Origin: an uncultured Chloroflexia bacterium
Lineage (GTDB): Bacteria; Chloroflexota; Limnocylindria; Limnocylindrales; CSP1-4
Assembly (NCBI GenBank): GCA_963731995.1
Contig: CAVSXV010000013.1
Span: 121,165-185,164, forward strand
Length of the DNA stretch: 64,000 bases
Reading direction: 5' to 3'
Below the pieces are notes generated by a model. That model did no database searches and was not told the origin of the DNA. It saw nothing but the letters and a program-made list of their open reading frames with translations. The position numbers and the translations under genes are program-made. Below are positions 40,156-49,915 of this stretch, piece by piece. The stretch's first letter is position 1. Each line of letters starts with the position of its first letter.

Positions 40156-41037
40156 TCATCCCTTGATCGCTCCGCTGGTCAAGCCGCCGATGAGCTGCCG
40201 CTCGGCGATGACGTAGAAGAGCAGAGCCGGCACCATCGAAAGGGAGGTGAAGGCCAGCACGAGCGCCAGGTCCTGCGAGTACTGCTGCGTGAAGTTCATG
40301 ACGCCCAGGGGCAACGTCCACTGGTCGTTGCCGCCGAGGATGAGCAGGGGCAGCAGGAACGCGTTCCAGCTGCCCACGAGGGCCAGGATGCCGACCGTGG
40401 CCAGCGCCGGACGCGAGAGCGGCAGGAGCACGCGCCAGAAGAACCCGAAGCGGCTGCAGCCATCGATCGAGGCGGCGTCCTCCAGCTCGACCGGGATGGC
40501 GCGGAAGAAGGGCCGCAGGATGATGATCGTGAGCGGGATGCCGAAGGCGGCCTGGGGCAGGGCCACGCCCATCGGGTTGTTCAGCAGCCCGACCGATCGC
40601 AGCAGCACGTAGAGCGGCAGGATGGCCGCGGCGGCGGGGAAAAGCAGCCCCAGGGCGAAGATCGTGAACATGGTCTCGCGGCCAGGGAACCTGAAGCGGG
40701 CCAGGGCGTAGGCCGCGAGGGCGGAGACCAGGACCACGATGACGACCGTGAAGACCGACACGATGAGGCTGTTCTTGAGCGAGTTCCAGAAGAGGTCGGA
40801 CTCGAGAATGTCGGTGTAGTTGGAGGCCATCCACGGATCGGGCAGGGCCACCGGATCCTTGCGGATCGCGCCGGTGGTGCGGAAGCCGCCGAGGAAGGCG
40901 TAGACGATGGGCACGATGATGACGACGGCCACCGCGAGCATGACGATCCAGCGGGCGGCGCTGCTGAGCGCCGGTCCGAGGCGTTGACGGAAGGTCCTGC
41001 GGCCCGCCTGCGTGGTGCGACCCGTCGATGTCGTCAT
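40156..41037 (-). CDS. Carbohydrate ABC permease (BxlG-like)
   Basis: FFRAIPVELEDAASIDG, WNAFLLPL. Confidence 0.88.
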   Translation of the reverse strand: MTTSTGRTTQAGRRTFRQRLGPALSSAARWIVMLAVAVVIIVPIVYAFLGGFRTTGAIRKDPVALPDPWMASNYTDILESDLFWNSLKNSLIVSVFTVVIVVLVSALAAYALARFRFPGRETMFTIFALGLLFPAAAAILPLYVLLRSVGLLNNPMGVALPQAAFGIPLTIIILRPFFRAIPVELEDAASIDGCSRFGFFWRVLLPLSRPALATVGILALVGSWNAFLLPLLILGGNDQWTLPLGVMNFTQQYSQDLALVLAFTSLSMVPALLFYVIAERQLIGGLTSGAIKG

Positions 41038-41038
41038 C

Positions 41039-41971
41039 TCAGTTCTCCGCGGCGGTCATGGCGCCATCGGTATCGCGGCGCATTACCAAGCGCACATAGG
41101 CCACGGCCACGACCAGGCAGACGATGAACAGGATCACCGCCACGGCGCTGCCATAACCCATGCGCGTGCGCACGATGCCTACGTCGAAGAGGTAGGTCGC
41201 CATGGTGCTCGAGGCGTTGGCCGGACCACCCCTGGTAGTGGCCCAGACGAGATCGAACAGCTGGACGCCGCCGATGATGGAGAGGAAGACCGAGACGCGG
41301 ATGGTCGGTCCGAGCAGCGGCAGGATGATGCTGCGCACGGTCTGGCGCCGGCTCGCGCCATCGATGGCTGCGGCCTCCTCCAGCTCGCGCGGGATGCCCT
41401 GCAGGCCGGCCAGCATGATGATCATGTGGAAGCCGAAGTACTTCCAGGTGATGACCGCGAAGAGGGTGAACATGACGATCGAGCGGTCAGCCAGCCACTC
41501 GTGGATGAGGAAGCCGCCGCCCACCGACTCGAGCCCCTGGTCGACCATCCCACCGGGATAGAGCAGCAGTCGCCAGACCACTCCGGTGATGACCTCGGAG
41601 ATGACGTACGGCGCGAAGAAGATGAGCCGCAGCAGGGTCCGCCCCCGGAACCGGTTGTTGAGCATGAGTGCCAACCAGAGGGCGAACGGGATCTGGATAA
41701 AGAGCGAGAGCAGGACGATGAGCGTGTTGTGCCATGCGGCCTGCTGGAAGACGGTGTCGTTGAGGACGCGAGCGTAGTTGTCCAGGCCCACGAAGTCGTT
41801 CAGCGGCTCCAGCCCGTTCCAGTCGAAGAGGCTGAACCACATGGCCTGGCCGATGGGCACGAGCACGAAGAGGCCGTACACCAGCAGCGCCGGCAACATG
41901 AAGAGGAATGGCAGTGACCATTCACGCCAACGCGATCGGGCCTTTGGCGCCGTACTCGAGGTCGCGGTCAT
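41039..41971 (-). CDS. Carbohydrate ABC permease (BxlF-like)
   Basis: FVGLDNY, WKYFGFHMIIMLAGLQGIP.ELEEAAAIDGA. Confidence 0.88.
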   Translation of the reverse strand: MTATSSTAPKARSRWREWSLPFLFMLPALLVYGLFVLVPIGQAMWFSLFDWNGLEPLNDFVGLDNYARVLNDTVFQQAAWHNTLIVLLSLFIQIPFALWLALMLNNRFRGRTLLRLIFFAPYVISEVITGVVWRLLLYPGGMVDQGLESVGGGFLIHEWLADRSIVMFTLFAVITWKYFGFHMIIMLAGLQGIPRELEEAAAIDGASRRQTVRSIILPLLGPTIRVSVFLSIIGGVQLFDLVWATTRGGPANASSTMATYLFDVGIVRTRMGYGSAVAVILFIVCLVVAVAYVRLVMRRDTDGAMTAAEN

Positions 41972-41992
41972 GACTCCATCCGGGTGAGCTAG

Positions 41993-42024
41993 CGAACGGG
42001 CCGGCTCGAGAGCCGGCCCGTTCG
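41993..42024 (-). terminator. Intercistronic stem-loop after the binding-protein gene
   Basis: Perfect 15-bp inverted repeat CGAACGGGCCGGCTC-GA-GAGCCGGCCCGTTCG. Confidence 0.7.
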
Positions 42025-42047
42025 TCGATCGTCGTGGGGCGCCGTGC

Positions 42048-43322
42048 TCAGTCGGCTGCGGCGGCCGCTTCCTCGGTGATCGTCTGCGCGATCTCCTCCG
42101 GCGTCTTGACGCCGGCGATGAGATCGGCCACTGCGGCATTGATGGCCCCACCGAGCTCAGGGCTCGTGGCCTGGTCGAGGTAGAGCTGGGCGAAGGTGGC
42201 TTCGTTCCGCTTCTGGACCACCTCGGCGAGGATGGGGTCGGTGATGTACTGCTCGGCGCCGTTGGTGGGCAGCAGGGTGCCGTCGTTGAACGACTGCCAC
42301 ACGCTGGCCACGTCCGGGCTCACGAGATACTTGACGAACTCGACGGCCTCCGGCGGTGCGTCGCGACCGATGGAGTAGCCGTCACCACCACCGAACACGT
42401 CGGTCAGCAGACCAGCCCCGCCTTCGACGGTCGGGAACTGGGCCCAACCGAGGGCGTTGCCGATCCCTTGGCCCGACGCGCTCTGGGCGCGCTGCGAGCC
42501 GATGGCCCACTGGCCCTGGAGCATGTAGGCGGCCTCGCCGTTGCCGAAGACGCCCTGCTGCTCATCATGCGTGGCTGCGAGGGCACCCGGCTGGAAGGGG
42601 TCCATGTCCACGAGGCGCTTGAGCTCCTCGCCCGCGCGCACGAAGGCCTCACCGGTCCAGTCGCCCGTAGCGATAGCGTTGTCCAGCGCCTCCTGGCCAC
42701 CGATTCGGGTGGCGAGGTAGGCCCACCAGAACATGGCCGGCCACTGGTCGCCCGCGCCGATGGAGATGGGCGTGATGCCCGCGTCCTTGAGCAGCTGGAC
42801 CTGGTCGAGGAACTCCTGCCAAGTCGTGGCCGGCGCCTCGATGCCGGCCTCCGCCAGCAGGTCCGAGTTGTACCACATGCCCACCAGGCCGAAGTTGTAG
42901 GGGATGCCGTACTGGCGGCCATCGAGCTGGTACAGGCTCATGGCCCCTGGGCTGATCTCGTCCTTGATGTCCGCGACCGCGTCGGTGATGTCCTGGACCA
43001 TGCCCGCGTCGACCTGCTGGCGCAGCACGCCACTGCCCCACGACTGGAAGACGTCCGGCGGGCTGCCGGCCGCCATGTCAGCGGAGATGCGGTCCTTGAG
43101 CGCCTCGTTCTCAAGGGTGACCACGTTGATCTTGACCCCCGGGTTCTGCCCCATGAAGGCGTCGGCCGCCATCTGCGTGAAGGCCAGGCCGGGGTTCACC
43201 GTGTGCAGGTCGTAGACGTCGAACTCGACCTCGTCCTGGGCGACCACGGCGCCGATCCCGAGCGTTCCGGCCAAGATGGCCGAGGCTCCAGCAAGGGCTC
43301 CCATGCGTAGATATCGGGACAT
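42048..43322 (-). CDS. Sugar ABC substrate-binding protein (BxlE-like, probably xylo-oligosaccharides)
   Basis: AAGGAGG RBS; signal peptide; PPDVFQSWG, YGIPY, QGQW, QLYLDQ; context xylB, GH3, CE7. Confidence 0.85.
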   Translation of the reverse strand: MSRYLRMGALAGASAILAGTLGIGAVVAQDEVEFDVYDLHTVNPGLAFTQMAADAFMGQNPGVKINVVTLENEALKDRISADMAAGSPPDVFQSWGSGVLRQQVDAGMVQDITDAVADIKDEISPGAMSLYQLDGRQYGIPYNFGLVGMWYNSDLLAEAGIEAPATTWQEFLDQVQLLKDAGITPISIGAGDQWPAMFWWAYLATRIGGQEALDNAIATGDWTGEAFVRAGEELKRLVDMDPFQPGALAATHDEQQGVFGNGEAAYMLQGQWAIGSQRAQSASGQGIGNALGWAQFPTVEGGAGLLTDVFGGGDGYSIGRDAPPEAVEFVKYLVSPDVASVWQSFNDGTLLPTNGAEQYITDPILAEVVQKRNEATFAQLYLDQATSPELGGAINAAVADLIAGVKTPEEIAQTITEEAAAAAD

Positions 43323-43418
43323 CCGTCTCCTCCTTGGAACACGCGAGTGTTCGGTGTGGCGCGGCACGGCCTGCGACCGCCCGCAGCTTCCTCCAACCCC
43401 TGATTCGTACCACATTTC

Positions 43419-43432
43419 TGCAAGCGCTTGCA
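43419..43432. promoter_or_regulatory. LacI-family operator
   Basis: Perfect palindrome TGCAAGCGCTTGCA with central CG, upstream of the SBP gene. Confidence 0.8.
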
Positions 43433-43529
43433 AGGTCTGGTGCCATGTTTGGCCGTCCCTTGCACGTCTATGCGTGCGTAGCCAGTGCTCCTGGAGTGAG
43501 CCTGAGCACTTCTTGCGGGCTCGCTTTGA

Positions 43530-43543
43530 TGCAAGCGCTTACG
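43530..43543. promoter_or_regulatory. Second LacI-family operator
   Basis: TGCAAGCGCTTACG (12/14 match to the first site) upstream of the divergent lacI gene. Confidence 0.7.
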
Positions 43544-43586
43544 GTCGGTTGCACAGTGATACAGTCGTCATGTGAGGGAACGGACG

Positions 43587-44624
43587 ATGGACAGCGAGCA
43601 CGGCGAGCCGGTGACCATCTACGAGGTCGCGCGCGAGGCCCGGGTGTCCACGGCCACGGTCTCCCGGGTCATCAACAACCGCCGCCACGTACGTGAGGCG
43701 ACCCGTCTTCGGGTGGAGACCGCGATGCGCGACCTCGGGTATGTGGCGAACCGACAGGCGCGGGGCCTGGCCGGCGGCCGATCGAGGGTCATCGGCCTCC
43801 TGGTCTACGAGCTGGGGTCGTCCTATTTCAATCAGCTGATCCGCGGCATCGACGCGGCCACGGCCCAGATCGGCTACGACCTCATGCTCTACACCACGCA
43901 CGCACGTCGCGAGTCAGAGGCGCAGCACGCTGCCGAACTCGCCAGCGGACCCGCAGACGGCCTCATCTTCGTGCTCGCGGTGGAGATCGACAACTACGTC
44001 GACCGCCTCCGCCGACAGCGCGTGCCCTATGTGCTGCTCGATCATGACCGCGACGTGCCCGACTCCACCTTCGTGACCGCTGCGAACCGGCGCGGTGCCA
44101 AGGAGGCCATCGAGCATCTGGTAGGCCTCGGCCACCGCCGCATCGGGTTCATCACCGGCACGCCCGGTACCAGCTCCGCGCGCGAGCGGCTCTCGGGCTA
44201 TCGGGACGCGCTGCGCGAGGCACACCTCGGGTGGGACCCGTCGCTCGTGGCCAGAGGCGATTTCCTCGAGGCCCGGGGGTACCAGGCCACCATGGAGCTG
44301 CTGGCTCTTGACGACCGGCCGACGGCCATCTTCACCTCGGCTGACACGGCCGCGTTCGGGGCCATCAAGGCCATCCGCGCGTCGGGGCTCAAGGTCCCGC
44401 GCGATGTCTCGATCGTGGGCTTCGACGACATCCCCGAAGCGTCGCTCGTGATGCCGCCGCTGACCACCGTGCGGCAGCCGCTGCAGGAGATGGGCGCCAC
44501 GGCCGTTCGGCTGCTCCGTCGACTGATGGACGAGCCTGACGCCACGCCGCGTCGGACCGAGCTGCTCACCGAGCTCATCGTGCGCGAATCGTCAGCTCCT
44601 CCGCCGCGGGGTGGCAGCCGCTGA
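43587..44624 (+). CDS. LacI family transcriptional regulator
   Basis: TIYEVAREARVSTATVSRVIN, hinge ARGLA, GHRRIG, VPRDVSIVGFDD, PPLTTVRQP. Confidence 0.95.
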   Translation: MDSEHGEPVTIYEVAREARVSTATVSRVINNRRHVREATRLRVETAMRDLGYVANRQARGLAGGRSRVIGLLVYELGSSYFNQLIRGIDAATAQIGYDLMLYTTHARRESEAQHAAELASGPADGLIFVLAVEIDNYVDRLRRQRVPYVLLDHDRDVPDSTFVTAANRRGAKEAIEHLVGLGHRRIGFITGTPGTSSARERLSGYRDALREAHLGWDPSLVARGDFLEARGYQATMELLALDDRPTAIFTSADTAAFGAIKAIRASGLKVPRDVSIVGFDDIPEASLVMPPLTTVRQPLQEMGATAVRLLRRLMDEPDATPRRTELLTELIVRESSAPPPRGGSR

Positions 44625-45592
44625 TGGCCCACTACGACCTGCCGCTCGATGAGTTGCGGCGCTACCAGCCGGAGCCACGCGAGCCTGCCGACTTCGAGGC
44701 CTTCTGGGAGCGGACGTTGGCCGAGGCGCACGCCCACGAGCTGCGTCCACGGTTCGATCCCGTCGATAGCGGCCTGGCCCTGCTCGAGAGCTTCGATGTC
44801 ACGTTCGCAGGATCCGGCGGCTCACCGGTCCGAGGGTGGCTGCACCTGCCGGCGCGACGAGATGGACCGCTCCCAGGCGTCGTGCAGTTCCAGGGCTACG
44901 GCGGTGGGCGAGGGCTCGTCCACCAGGAGGTCCTCTTCGCCCTCGCCGGCTATGCCCACCTGGTGATGGATACGCGCGGCCAGGGTTCGGCCTGGTCTCC
45001 GGGCGACACACCCGACCCCGGCGGCAGCGGCGATCCTGCTCATCCGGGGTTCATGACCCAGGGCATCCTCGATCCGGTCAACTATTACTACCGCCGGGTC
45101 TTCACCGACGCGGTCCGGGCCGTCGAAGCGCTCCGTGCGCACCCCGGCGTCGATGCCGCGCGTGTGGCGGTCACCGGGGGCAGCCAGGGTGGCGGCATCA
45201 CGCTCGCGGTCGCGGCGCTCGCGCCCGACCTGCTGGCGGCCGCTCCGGACGTGCCCTTCCTGTGTGACTTCCCACGTGCGACCACGCTCATCGACGAGGA
45301 CCCCTACGGCGAGATCGTGCGCTACCTGAAGGTCCACCGCGACCAGACAGCGCAGGTGACCGAGACGCTGGCCTACTTCGACGGCGTGTCCATGGCCCGC
45401 CGCGCGAGCGCCCCGGCGTTGTTCTCTGTCGGGCTCATGGACCGGACCTGCCCACCGTCGACGGTGTACGCGGCCTACAACCACTACGCCGGGCCCAAGG
45501 AGATGGTCGAGTATCCCTACAACGATCACGAGGGTGGAGCGCCCTTCCAGGAGCGGGCGAAGCTCGCCTGGCTGGCCGAGCGGCTGGCCTGA
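44624..45592 (+). CDS. Acetylxylan esterase, CE7 (AXE1/cephalosporin-C deacetylase)
   Basis: EPADFEAFW, DTRGQG (RGQ motif), nucleophile GGSQGG, D..CPPSTVYAAYN, catalytic HEGG. Confidence 0.92.
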   Translation: MAHYDLPLDELRRYQPEPREPADFEAFWERTLAEAHAHELRPRFDPVDSGLALLESFDVTFAGSGGSPVRGWLHLPARRDGPLPGVVQFQGYGGGRGLVHQEVLFALAGYAHLVMDTRGQGSAWSPGDTPDPGGSGDPAHPGFMTQGILDPVNYYYRRVFTDAVRAVEALRAHPGVDAARVAVTGGSQGGGITLAVAALAPDLLAAAPDVPFLCDFPRATTLIDEDPYGEIVRYLKVHRDQTAQVTETLAYFDGVSMARRASAPALFSVGLMDRTCPPSTVYAAYNHYAGPKEMVEYPYNDHEGGAPFQERAKLAWLAERLA

Positions 45593-45594
45593 GG

Positions 45595-46983
45595 CTACCG
45601 GCCGTCGACCGCGTCGAGCCCATTGCGGCCGATGACACCGCGGTACCAGTAGGCGCTCTCACGCGGCGTGCGCTCGAGCGTCTCGTAGTCGATATGGACG
45701 AGGCCGAAACGCTTGTGGTAGCCATGTGACCACTCGAAGTTGTCCATCAGCGACCAACAGAAGTAGCCGCGCACATCGACTCCCTCCTCGATCGCCGCGT
45801 GGAGGGCACGGAGGTGGGCGTCGAGGTACCTGATGCGCCGGGGATCGTGGCAGATCCCATCGATGACGGGGTCGTCGTAGGCGCAGCCGTTCTCCGTGAT
45901 GTAGACCGGCGGCAGGTCGGCATAGGTGTCCTTCAGGCCGACCAGCAGGGCACGCAGGCCATCTGGGGTGACGGGCCAATCCATGTCCGTGTGCTCGTCT
46001 CCGGGTGCGAACCCGGCCGCGTCCTTCAGGCCGGGAGTGGCGGACCAGCGCGCGCCGGGCTGGGCTCGCAGGAACTCGTCCTTGTAGTAGTTGATGCCGA
46101 GCCAGTCGAGCGGCTGCGCGATGATCCCCAGGTCCCCGTCCTCGATGGGCAAGCCGCCGAAGGCCTCGAGATCCGCGATGGCATCGTCGGGGTAGCGGCC
46201 CAGCAGCAAGGGCTCGGTCCAGACACGGTTGCGCAGCGCGTCGTAGCGCCTGGCACCATCGGCTGCGGCCCCATCGGGGTCGTCGCCGACGACGTGGATG
46301 GGCGCGAGGTTGAGCACCACGCCCTGGCGTGGCCCTGGGTCGATCTCGCGCATGGCCCCGACCGCGAGGCCGTGAGCGAGGTTGAGGTGGTGGATGGCTC
46401 GGGTGGCCTCGATCGGATCCTCGTGTCCGGGCGCGTGTGAGGGCTCGGCGTAGCCCAGCAGCGACGAGCACCACGGTTCGTTGAGCGTGGCCCACAGCCC
46501 GACCCGGTCATGCAGTGCCCCGAAGACGATAGCGGCGTAGTCGGCGAAGCGGTAGGCGGTATCGCGCGCGGGCCAGCCACCCGCATCCTCGAGGGCCTGC
46601 GGCAGGTCCCAGTGATAGAGCGTCAGGGCCGGCGTGATCCGCTTCTCGAGCAGGCGGTCCACGAGGCGCGAGTAGAAGTCGATGCCAGCCTGGTTGACCG
46701 GACCCGAGCCGCTCGGCTGGATCCGCGGCCAGGCCACGCTGAAGCGATAGGCTCCGAGGCCCAGCTCTGCCATCAGCTCGACATCGTCAGCCCACCGGTT
46801 GTAGTGGTCAGCGGCCACGTCACCGGTGTGCCGGTCCCTCACCAGGTCGGTCTGGTGGCACTGCGTGTCCCAGATGCTCGGCCCGCGTCCATCCTGCTGC
46901 ACCGCGCCCTCGATCTGGAAGGAGCTGGTGGCGGCGCCCCAGAGGAAGCCGTCGGGGAAGCGGAGTGCGCCGGCGTCAGGCAT
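45595..46983 (-). CDS. GH1 beta-glucosidase/beta-mannosidase
   Basis: FLWGAATSSFQIEG, YRFSVAWPRI, TLYHWDLP, acid/base TLNEPW, nucleophile ITENG, WSLMDNFEW. Confidence 0.95.
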   Translation of the reverse strand: MPDAGALRFPDGFLWGAATSSFQIEGAVQQDGRGPSIWDTQCHQTDLVRDRHTGDVAADHYNRWADDVELMAELGLGAYRFSVAWPRIQPSGSGPVNQAGIDFYSRLVDRLLEKRITPALTLYHWDLPQALEDAGGWPARDTAYRFADYAAIVFGALHDRVGLWATLNEPWCSSLLGYAEPSHAPGHEDPIEATRAIHHLNLAHGLAVGAMREIDPGPRQGVVLNLAPIHVVGDDPDGAAADGARRYDALRNRVWTEPLLLGRYPDDAIADLEAFGGLPIEDGDLGIIAQPLDWLGINYYKDEFLRAQPGARWSATPGLKDAAGFAPGDEHTDMDWPVTPDGLRALLVGLKDTYADLPPVYITENGCAYDDPVIDGICHDPRRIRYLDAHLRALHAAIEEGVDVRGYFCWSLMDNFEWSHGYHKRFGLVHIDYETLERTPRESAYWYRGVIGRNGLDAVDGR

Positions 46984-47002
46984 GGATGGTGTCTCCTTGT
47001 GG

Positions 47003-47992
47003 TCAGCTGGCGTCGACGGGCTGATTCTGCACGCAACCGCCCGGCTCGTCGACGGTGGCACAGGTCACGAAGTGGCCGGGCTCGAGCTCGGCCATGATCG
47101 GGTTCTGGTCGGTCGCGGGCGCGACAGCATTGGCCTCGGGAAAGATCTCGTGGTAGATGCAGGTGCCCTTCGCGCGCCCAGCAGCTACGTCGCGCCAGTG
47201 ATCGAGATCGCGCGCGTCATGGAGCGCCGGCACCGACTCCAGCAGCATCTGCGTGTAGGGGTGCGCGGGCCGGTCGAAGACGGCCTGGGTGGGTCCCTGC
47301 TCGACGATGCGGCCCTTGCGCAGGATGACGGCGTTGTCGCTGATGTAGTTGCCCAGCGACAGGTCGTGCGTCACGAAGAGCACGCCCAGACCGCCGGCCT
47401 TGAGGTCGCCGAGGAGGTTGAGCACATCGACTCGGGTCGAGGCGTCGAGCATGGAGATGATCTCATCGGCCACGAGGAAGTCCACCTCGATCAGGAGTGC
47501 GCGGGCGACGAGCATGCGCTGGAGCTGACCGCCGGACAGCTGATGGGGGTACTTGTTGAGGCAGGCGTCGGGGTCGAGGGCAACGCCCTGCAGCGCAGCC
47601 TCCACGCGCCCCTCCCACTCGCTCCCGGCGAGGTCACCGTAGAACGAGTCCTTGACCATGCCGAAGATGCGGTCGGCCTTGAAGATCGGGTTGTATGAGC
47701 TGAAGGGGTCCTGGAACACCCCCTGCACCTTGGCCTGGTAGGGCTTGAGCCCGGAACCCTTGAGCGAGGCGACGTCGGTGCCGTCGTAGAGGATGCGGCC
47801 GCTGGTGATGCTGGTCAGGCGCAGGATCATCTTGCCGATGGTCGACTTGCCGGAGCCCGACTCGCCGATGAGCGAGATGATCTGGCCCGGCTCAGCCGTG
47901 ATCGAGACGTCCTTGACCGCGTGCAGGGTGTCGCCCCCGAAGGTGCCCACCCGGTAGACCTTGTTGACGTTCTGGAGCTCGAGCTTGCCCAT
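47003..47992 (-). CDS. Opp/Dpp-type ABC ATP-binding protein (OppF-like)
   Basis: GESGSGKST, YPHQLSGGQLQR, ADEIISMLD, HPYT. Confidence 0.9.
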   Translation of the reverse strand: MGKLELQNVNKVYRVGTFGGDTLHAVKDVSITAEPGQIISLIGESGSGKSTIGKMILRLTSITSGRILYDGTDVASLKGSGLKPYQAKVQGVFQDPFSSYNPIFKADRIFGMVKDSFYGDLAGSEWEGRVEAALQGVALDPDACLNKYPHQLSGGQLQRMLVARALLIEVDFLVADEIISMLDASTRVDVLNLLGDLKAGGLGVLFVTHDLSLGNYISDNAVILRKGRIVEQGPTQAVFDRPAHPYTQMLLESVPALHDARDLDHWRDVAAGRAKGTCIYHEIFPEANAVAPATDQNPIMAELEPGHFVTCATVDEPGGCVQNQPVDAS

Positions 47993-48942
47993 CAGCTGAC
48001 CTTCCAGCAGGCCACCTGGTGGCCCTCGGCGATCTCCACGAACGGTGGCCGCTCGAGGCACTGCTCATCGGCGAGCGGACAGCGTGCGCGGAAACGGCAG
48101 CCGACCGGCGGCTCGAGCAGGGACGGGGGCTTGCCCGGGATACCCTCCAGGCGCTTCTCCTCGAAGCGCACCCCGACCTCCGGCAACGAATCGATGAGCA
48201 TCCTCGTATAGGGGTGGCGTGGGCCCTTGATGACGACCTCGGTGGCCGCCTTCTCGGCGAGGTGCCCGGCATACATGACCATGATGGTGTCGGCCACCTC
48301 GTGGAGGATCGAGAGGTCGTGGGTGATGACCATCATCGATCTCACGAACCCGTTGTCACGCAGTCCCACCAGCGACTCGGCCACGGCCTTCTGGGTGGAG
48401 ACGTCGAGCGCGGAGGTGATCTCGTCGGCGATGAGCAGCGACGGGTCCAGCAGCGTAGAGAGCACCATCACCACGCGCTGCTTCATGCCGCCCGACAGCT
48501 CCATGGGGTAGAGGTCGAGGACACCATCGCGCAGGCCCACCATGGTCAGCCGGCGCTGGTACTCGTCCGCGATGGTGTCGTACCTGGTGCCGCGCGACTC
48601 GATCAGCTCGCGCGACATGACGCCGATCTTGCGCGTCGGGTTCATGGCGCTCATGGCGTATTGGGGCACGACCGAGATGCTGTGGTAACGGAACCTGTCC
48701 ATGGCATGTGAGTCGGCGATGGGCAGCTGCTGTCCGTCGAGCTCGACGCTGCCAGCGACGTGTCGCATGCGGCCATCGAGGCGGATGAGGCTGTTGCCCA
48801 GCGTGGTCTTGCCACATCCGGACTCGCCCGCCAGACCCATGATCTCGCCATCGGCGACCTCGAACGTGACGCCGTCGAGCGCCCGCACGTCCCCCGCCAG
48901 GGTGTTGTAGTAGACCTTGAGGTCGTCGACCTTGAGCGTCAT
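47992..48942 (-). CDS. Opp/Dpp-type ABC ATP-binding protein (OppD-like)
   Basis: GESGCGKT, YPMELSGGMKQR, HPYT, C-terminal GCRFRARCP...C...HQVAC. Confidence 0.9.
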   Translation of the reverse strand: MTLKVDDLKVYYNTLAGDVRALDGVTFEVADGEIMGLAGESGCGKTTLGNSLIRLDGRMRHVAGSVELDGQQLPIADSHAMDRFRYHSISVVPQYAMSAMNPTRKIGVMSRELIESRGTRYDTIADEYQRRLTMVGLRDGVLDLYPMELSGGMKQRVVMVLSTLLDPSLLIADEITSALDVSTQKAVAESLVGLRDNGFVRSMMVITHDLSILHEVADTIMVMYAGHLAEKAATEVVIKGPRHPYTRMLIDSLPEVGVRFEEKRLEGIPGKPPSLLEPPVGCRFRARCPLADEQCLERPPFVEIAEGHQVACWKVS

Positions 48943-48945
48943 CGG

Positions 48946-49914
48946 CTAGAGCTTCCGCAAACGGGGGTTGAAGACCTGGTCGAGCCCGACGTTCATGACG
49001 TAGAGCGAGCCCACGATGAGCACGATGCCGAGGCCGGGCGGGATGAACCACCACCACATACCCAGCTGCAGCGCTGACCAGAGCACGGCGTTGTTCATCA
49101 TCAGGCCCAGCGAGATGCCGTCAGTGGGGCCGAGGCCGATGAAGTCGAGGGTGGCCGCGATGAGCACGGCATTGCCGAAGAGCAGGATGAAGGTCAGCAT
49201 CAGGTACGAGCTCATGTTGGGGGCGATCTCGCCGGTGATGATGCGGCGCGTGCCCATGCCGGTCAGCCGCGCGAGGTCCACGAAGTCACGGTTGCGCAAC
49301 GACAGCGTTTGGGCGCGGATGGCGCGAGCGGCCCAGGGCCAGGCGGTGAAGCCGATGAAGATCGCCTCCACCAACAGGCCCCGCGCGTTGACGTAGGCCA
49401 CGATGACGATGAGCACCATCAAGGTGGGGATGACGAGCACGACGTTGGTGAGCATGTTCAGCAGCTCGTCGATCCAGCCGCCACGGTAGCCGGCCACGAA
49501 GCCGACGGTCATGCCGATGATCGAGGCCAGGCCACCGCCCACGATGCCCACGAAGAAGGTGGCGCCAAGGCCGTGGACGAACTGGATGAAGACGTCCTGC
49601 CCGAAGGTGGTGGTGCCGAACCAGTACTCCGAGGAGGGCGGCTGCATGCCCGGACCGATGTACTCGTTGGGGCCGTAGTCGCGTAGCGAGGGGCCCACCA
49701 GCGCGACGATGAGCAGCCCGAAGACGATGACCAGGCTGACGAAGATCTTGCGGTCGCGCGCGGCGAAGTAGAGGAACTCACGCAGGCGGCCGATACGCCG
49801 CGGCGGCGGAGGCGCGCCCGGTGCCGGCGGCAGCGTAGTGTCGGGGTGGATCTCGGGCACGTCGCGGGGCCGCGGCAGCTCGGTCAGGTGGTCGTGCGGC
49901 TGGTTCCTGGTCAT
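48946..49914 (-). CDS. Opp/Dpp-type ABC permease (OppC-like)
   Basis: YWFGTTTFGQD, RAQTLSLRNRDFV..ARL.G, WWWFIPPG. Confidence 0.9.
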   Translation of the reverse strand: MTRNQPHDHLTELPRPRDVPEIHPDTTLPPAPGAPPPPRRIGRLREFLYFAARDRKIFVSLVIVFGLLIVALVGPSLRDYGPNEYIGPGMQPPSSEYWFGTTTFGQDVFIQFVHGLGATFFVGIVGGGLASIIGMTVGFVAGYRGGWIDELLNMLTNVVLVIPTLMVLIVIVAYVNARGLLVEAIFIGFTAWPWAARAIRAQTLSLRNRDFVDLARLTGMGTRRIITGEIAPNMSSYLMLTFILLFGNAVLIAATLDFIGLGPTDGISLGLMMNNAVLWSALQLGMWWWFIPPGLGIVLIVGSLYVMNVGLDQVFNPRLRKL

Positions 49915-49915
49915 G